Origin: Eledone cirrhosa
Lineage: Eukaryota
Length of the DNA stretch: 64,000 nucleotides
Assembly: GCA_964016885.1 (NCBI GenBank)
Contig: CAXHJY010000376.1
Span: 10,012-74,011 of the forward strand
Direction of reading: 5' to 3'
This document shows, piece after piece, positions 62,009 to 64,000 of this stretch. The first letter of the stretch is position 1, and the number at the start of each line of letters is the position of its first letter. The position numbers and the translations under genes are program-made. Under the pieces are notes generated by a model, which was given only the letters and a program-made list of their open reading frames with translations, made no database searches and was not told the origin of the DNA.

Positions 62009-64000
62009 ATCATCATCATCATCATCATCAACGTTTAACGTCCGTGTTCTACGCTTGCATGGGTTTGGACGGGGGTAGTCCCACTTGAGGCAAGAGTGAT
62101 TGTCTTGCTCGCATAGGACTGTCTGGCAGGTTTTCTACAGTTGGATGCCCTTCCTAACACCAACCACATTTACAGTGTGGGTCTGGGAGGTTTTTACCGT
62201 GTTGCCTACACGGCCACATTACAGCGTGGACTGTGTGTTTTTTTGTCGTGACACCTACACGATCTCATTTGTTTCGGCCTGGATGGCGCGGCACCAACAT
62301 AACTTTACATAGGACGGGGTGGTGTCGGGGTGGTGTGGATGGGTGGGGGTGGTGGCGGGACGGGGTGTATTTTGTTAGAGATGCCTACTGGCAAGGCGGG
62401 TCTTCTCTGTTACTGAGTACCGCCAAAGGTCTCGGTCCAGTGACATTGTCTTGGAGAGGTGTAAGTGTGTGAGGTCGGAGTTTATCAGCTCGTCCCAGGT
62501 TTTTCTAGGTCTGCCTATTCCGTGGCTACCGTCTATCTTTATTGCCCTGCACTTTGTTATACAGCTATCGACTTTCATGCGCATCACGTGTCCATACCAA
62601 CGTAGCCTTCTCTCGAGTAAACAACATCTGATCCCTCTTATCTCTAATTTTTTCCTTAGTTCGTTTATGCTTTGCCGTTCACGTATATTACTGTTACACA
62701 TCCAGCGGAGCATGCAAGCTTCGTTCCTCTCTAGTCTGCGTATATCCTCTGCACACAATGCCCAGGTCTCACTGCCATGCAACATTGCTGTTCGTATGCA
62801 GGCATCGTACAACCTGCCTTTCATTTTTAGGGAGAACCCTTTAGCAGCTAATAGTGGTATAAGCTCTCTGAACTTTTTCCAACCAGTTCTGACTCTAGCT
62901 ACAGTACTTTCAGAGCACCCTCCCCCACTGCTGATTTTATCGCCCAGGTAACGGAAGCTGTCCACTATTTCTATAGAACCCTCTGCGCAATTGAAAGAGC
63001 TAGTATTTTGTGGGCACTTGCTGCTACTTATTGCACCAGAACACCGGCCACATGTAAAATCTATGTTCTTAGTTAGCTTACCTGTGATCCCACTACATCT
63101 TTTATGCACCCATACTTTGCATTTAGGACATAAAATGGAGTTTCTACCTACGCCTTTCCTACACACCGAGCACGACCATTTCCCAGAAGGGACCGCCGCC
63201 TTGTTTTCTTTCCTACAAACTAGAACTTTGGTCTTGGCCAGGTTAATTTTAAGTCCTTTTGACTCTAGGCCGTGCTTCCATGTTTGGAATTTCTTCTCTA
63301 GCTCGGCCATTGATTCCGCTATGAGTGTCAGGTCGTCTGCGTATAGGAGTTCCCATGGGCAGCCTGTCTTGAACTCCTCTGTTATAGCCTGAAGGGCAAT
63401 AATAAATAGTAGGGGGCTGAGAACAGAGCCCTGATGGACGCCAACTTTTACGCTAAACTCTTCACTATATTCGTTGTTAATTCTAACCTTGCTGACTGTT
63501 TCTTTATACATGGCTTGTATAGCCCTCACAAGCCATTCGTCAACGCCTAGTTTTCTAAGAGCCCACCAGATAATGGAGCGGGGGACTCTGTCGAAGGCTT
63601 TCTCCAAGTCGACAAAAGCTAAGTAGAGGGGTTTACCTTTAGCTAGGAACTTCTCCTGTAGTTGTCGTACTATGAAAAGAGCGTCTGTGGTACTTTTGCC
63701 TGACACAAACCCGAACTGCATTTCATCTAGGTCAATTCTCTCTCTGATTAGTTGCGCTATTACTTTTTCCGTGACCTTCATGACCTGGTCGATTAATTTA
63801 ATGCCTCTATAGTTACTCCTATCTAGGGCGTCTCCTTTACCCTTATAACAGTTAACGATGATGCTGCTATGCCAGTCCTTCGGAACAACCCCATTCTGTA
63901 CGACTTGGTTAACTATGCGGGTGACCATGGTGTGTCCCACCGTGCCAGATGCCTTCAGCATCTCAGCAACTATTTCCGAAGGCCCAGCCGCCTTACCTGT
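62009..64000 (-). mobile_element. RTE family A copy running off the window end
   Basis: Open RT ORF from 62375 to the window end, near-identical to the 30475-34209 copy; (GAT)n tail. Confidence 0.95.

Overview
Eukaryotic, gene-free repeat 'nest'. About 45% (roughly 29 kb) is degenerate (TA)n/(TATG)n microsatellite, and about 20 retroelement insertions or fragments sit inside the arrays. The LINE 3' ends and microsatellite style resemble octopus/coleoid cephalopod DNA; that assignment is inference. Contents: (1) two CR1-group LINEs, one apparently full length with a Myb/SANT + polyQ + 2xCCCH ORF1 and an intact APE-RT ORF2; (2) three RTE families (A and B with a PHD-like finger after the RT core, C with three C-terminal C2H2 fingers); (3) six copies of a 608-bp bipartite non-autonomous RTE derivative ('X'); (4) two Naiad-type Penelope-like elements (RT + GIY-YIG), each with a downstream hammerhead ribozyme. 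The most unusual stretch is 10461-11570. It holds two long hairpins whose non-Watson-Crick pairs are almost all G.U on the + strand (20 of 21), a long-range stem split by a microsatellite, and an RTE 3' end in which 17 of 20 differences from its siblings are A>G. This is the expected footprint of ADAR-hyperedited RNA copied back into DNA. Other candidates: window-wide strand polarity of the arrays, a -1 frameshift linking ORF1 and ORF2, a retrozyme-like 558-nt hammerhead unit, and a possible ribozyme-like pseudoknot at the 5' end of X. All the long Ile/Tyr/Cys/Met ORFs are microsatellite artefacts. All comparisons were done by eye; no database searches were run.
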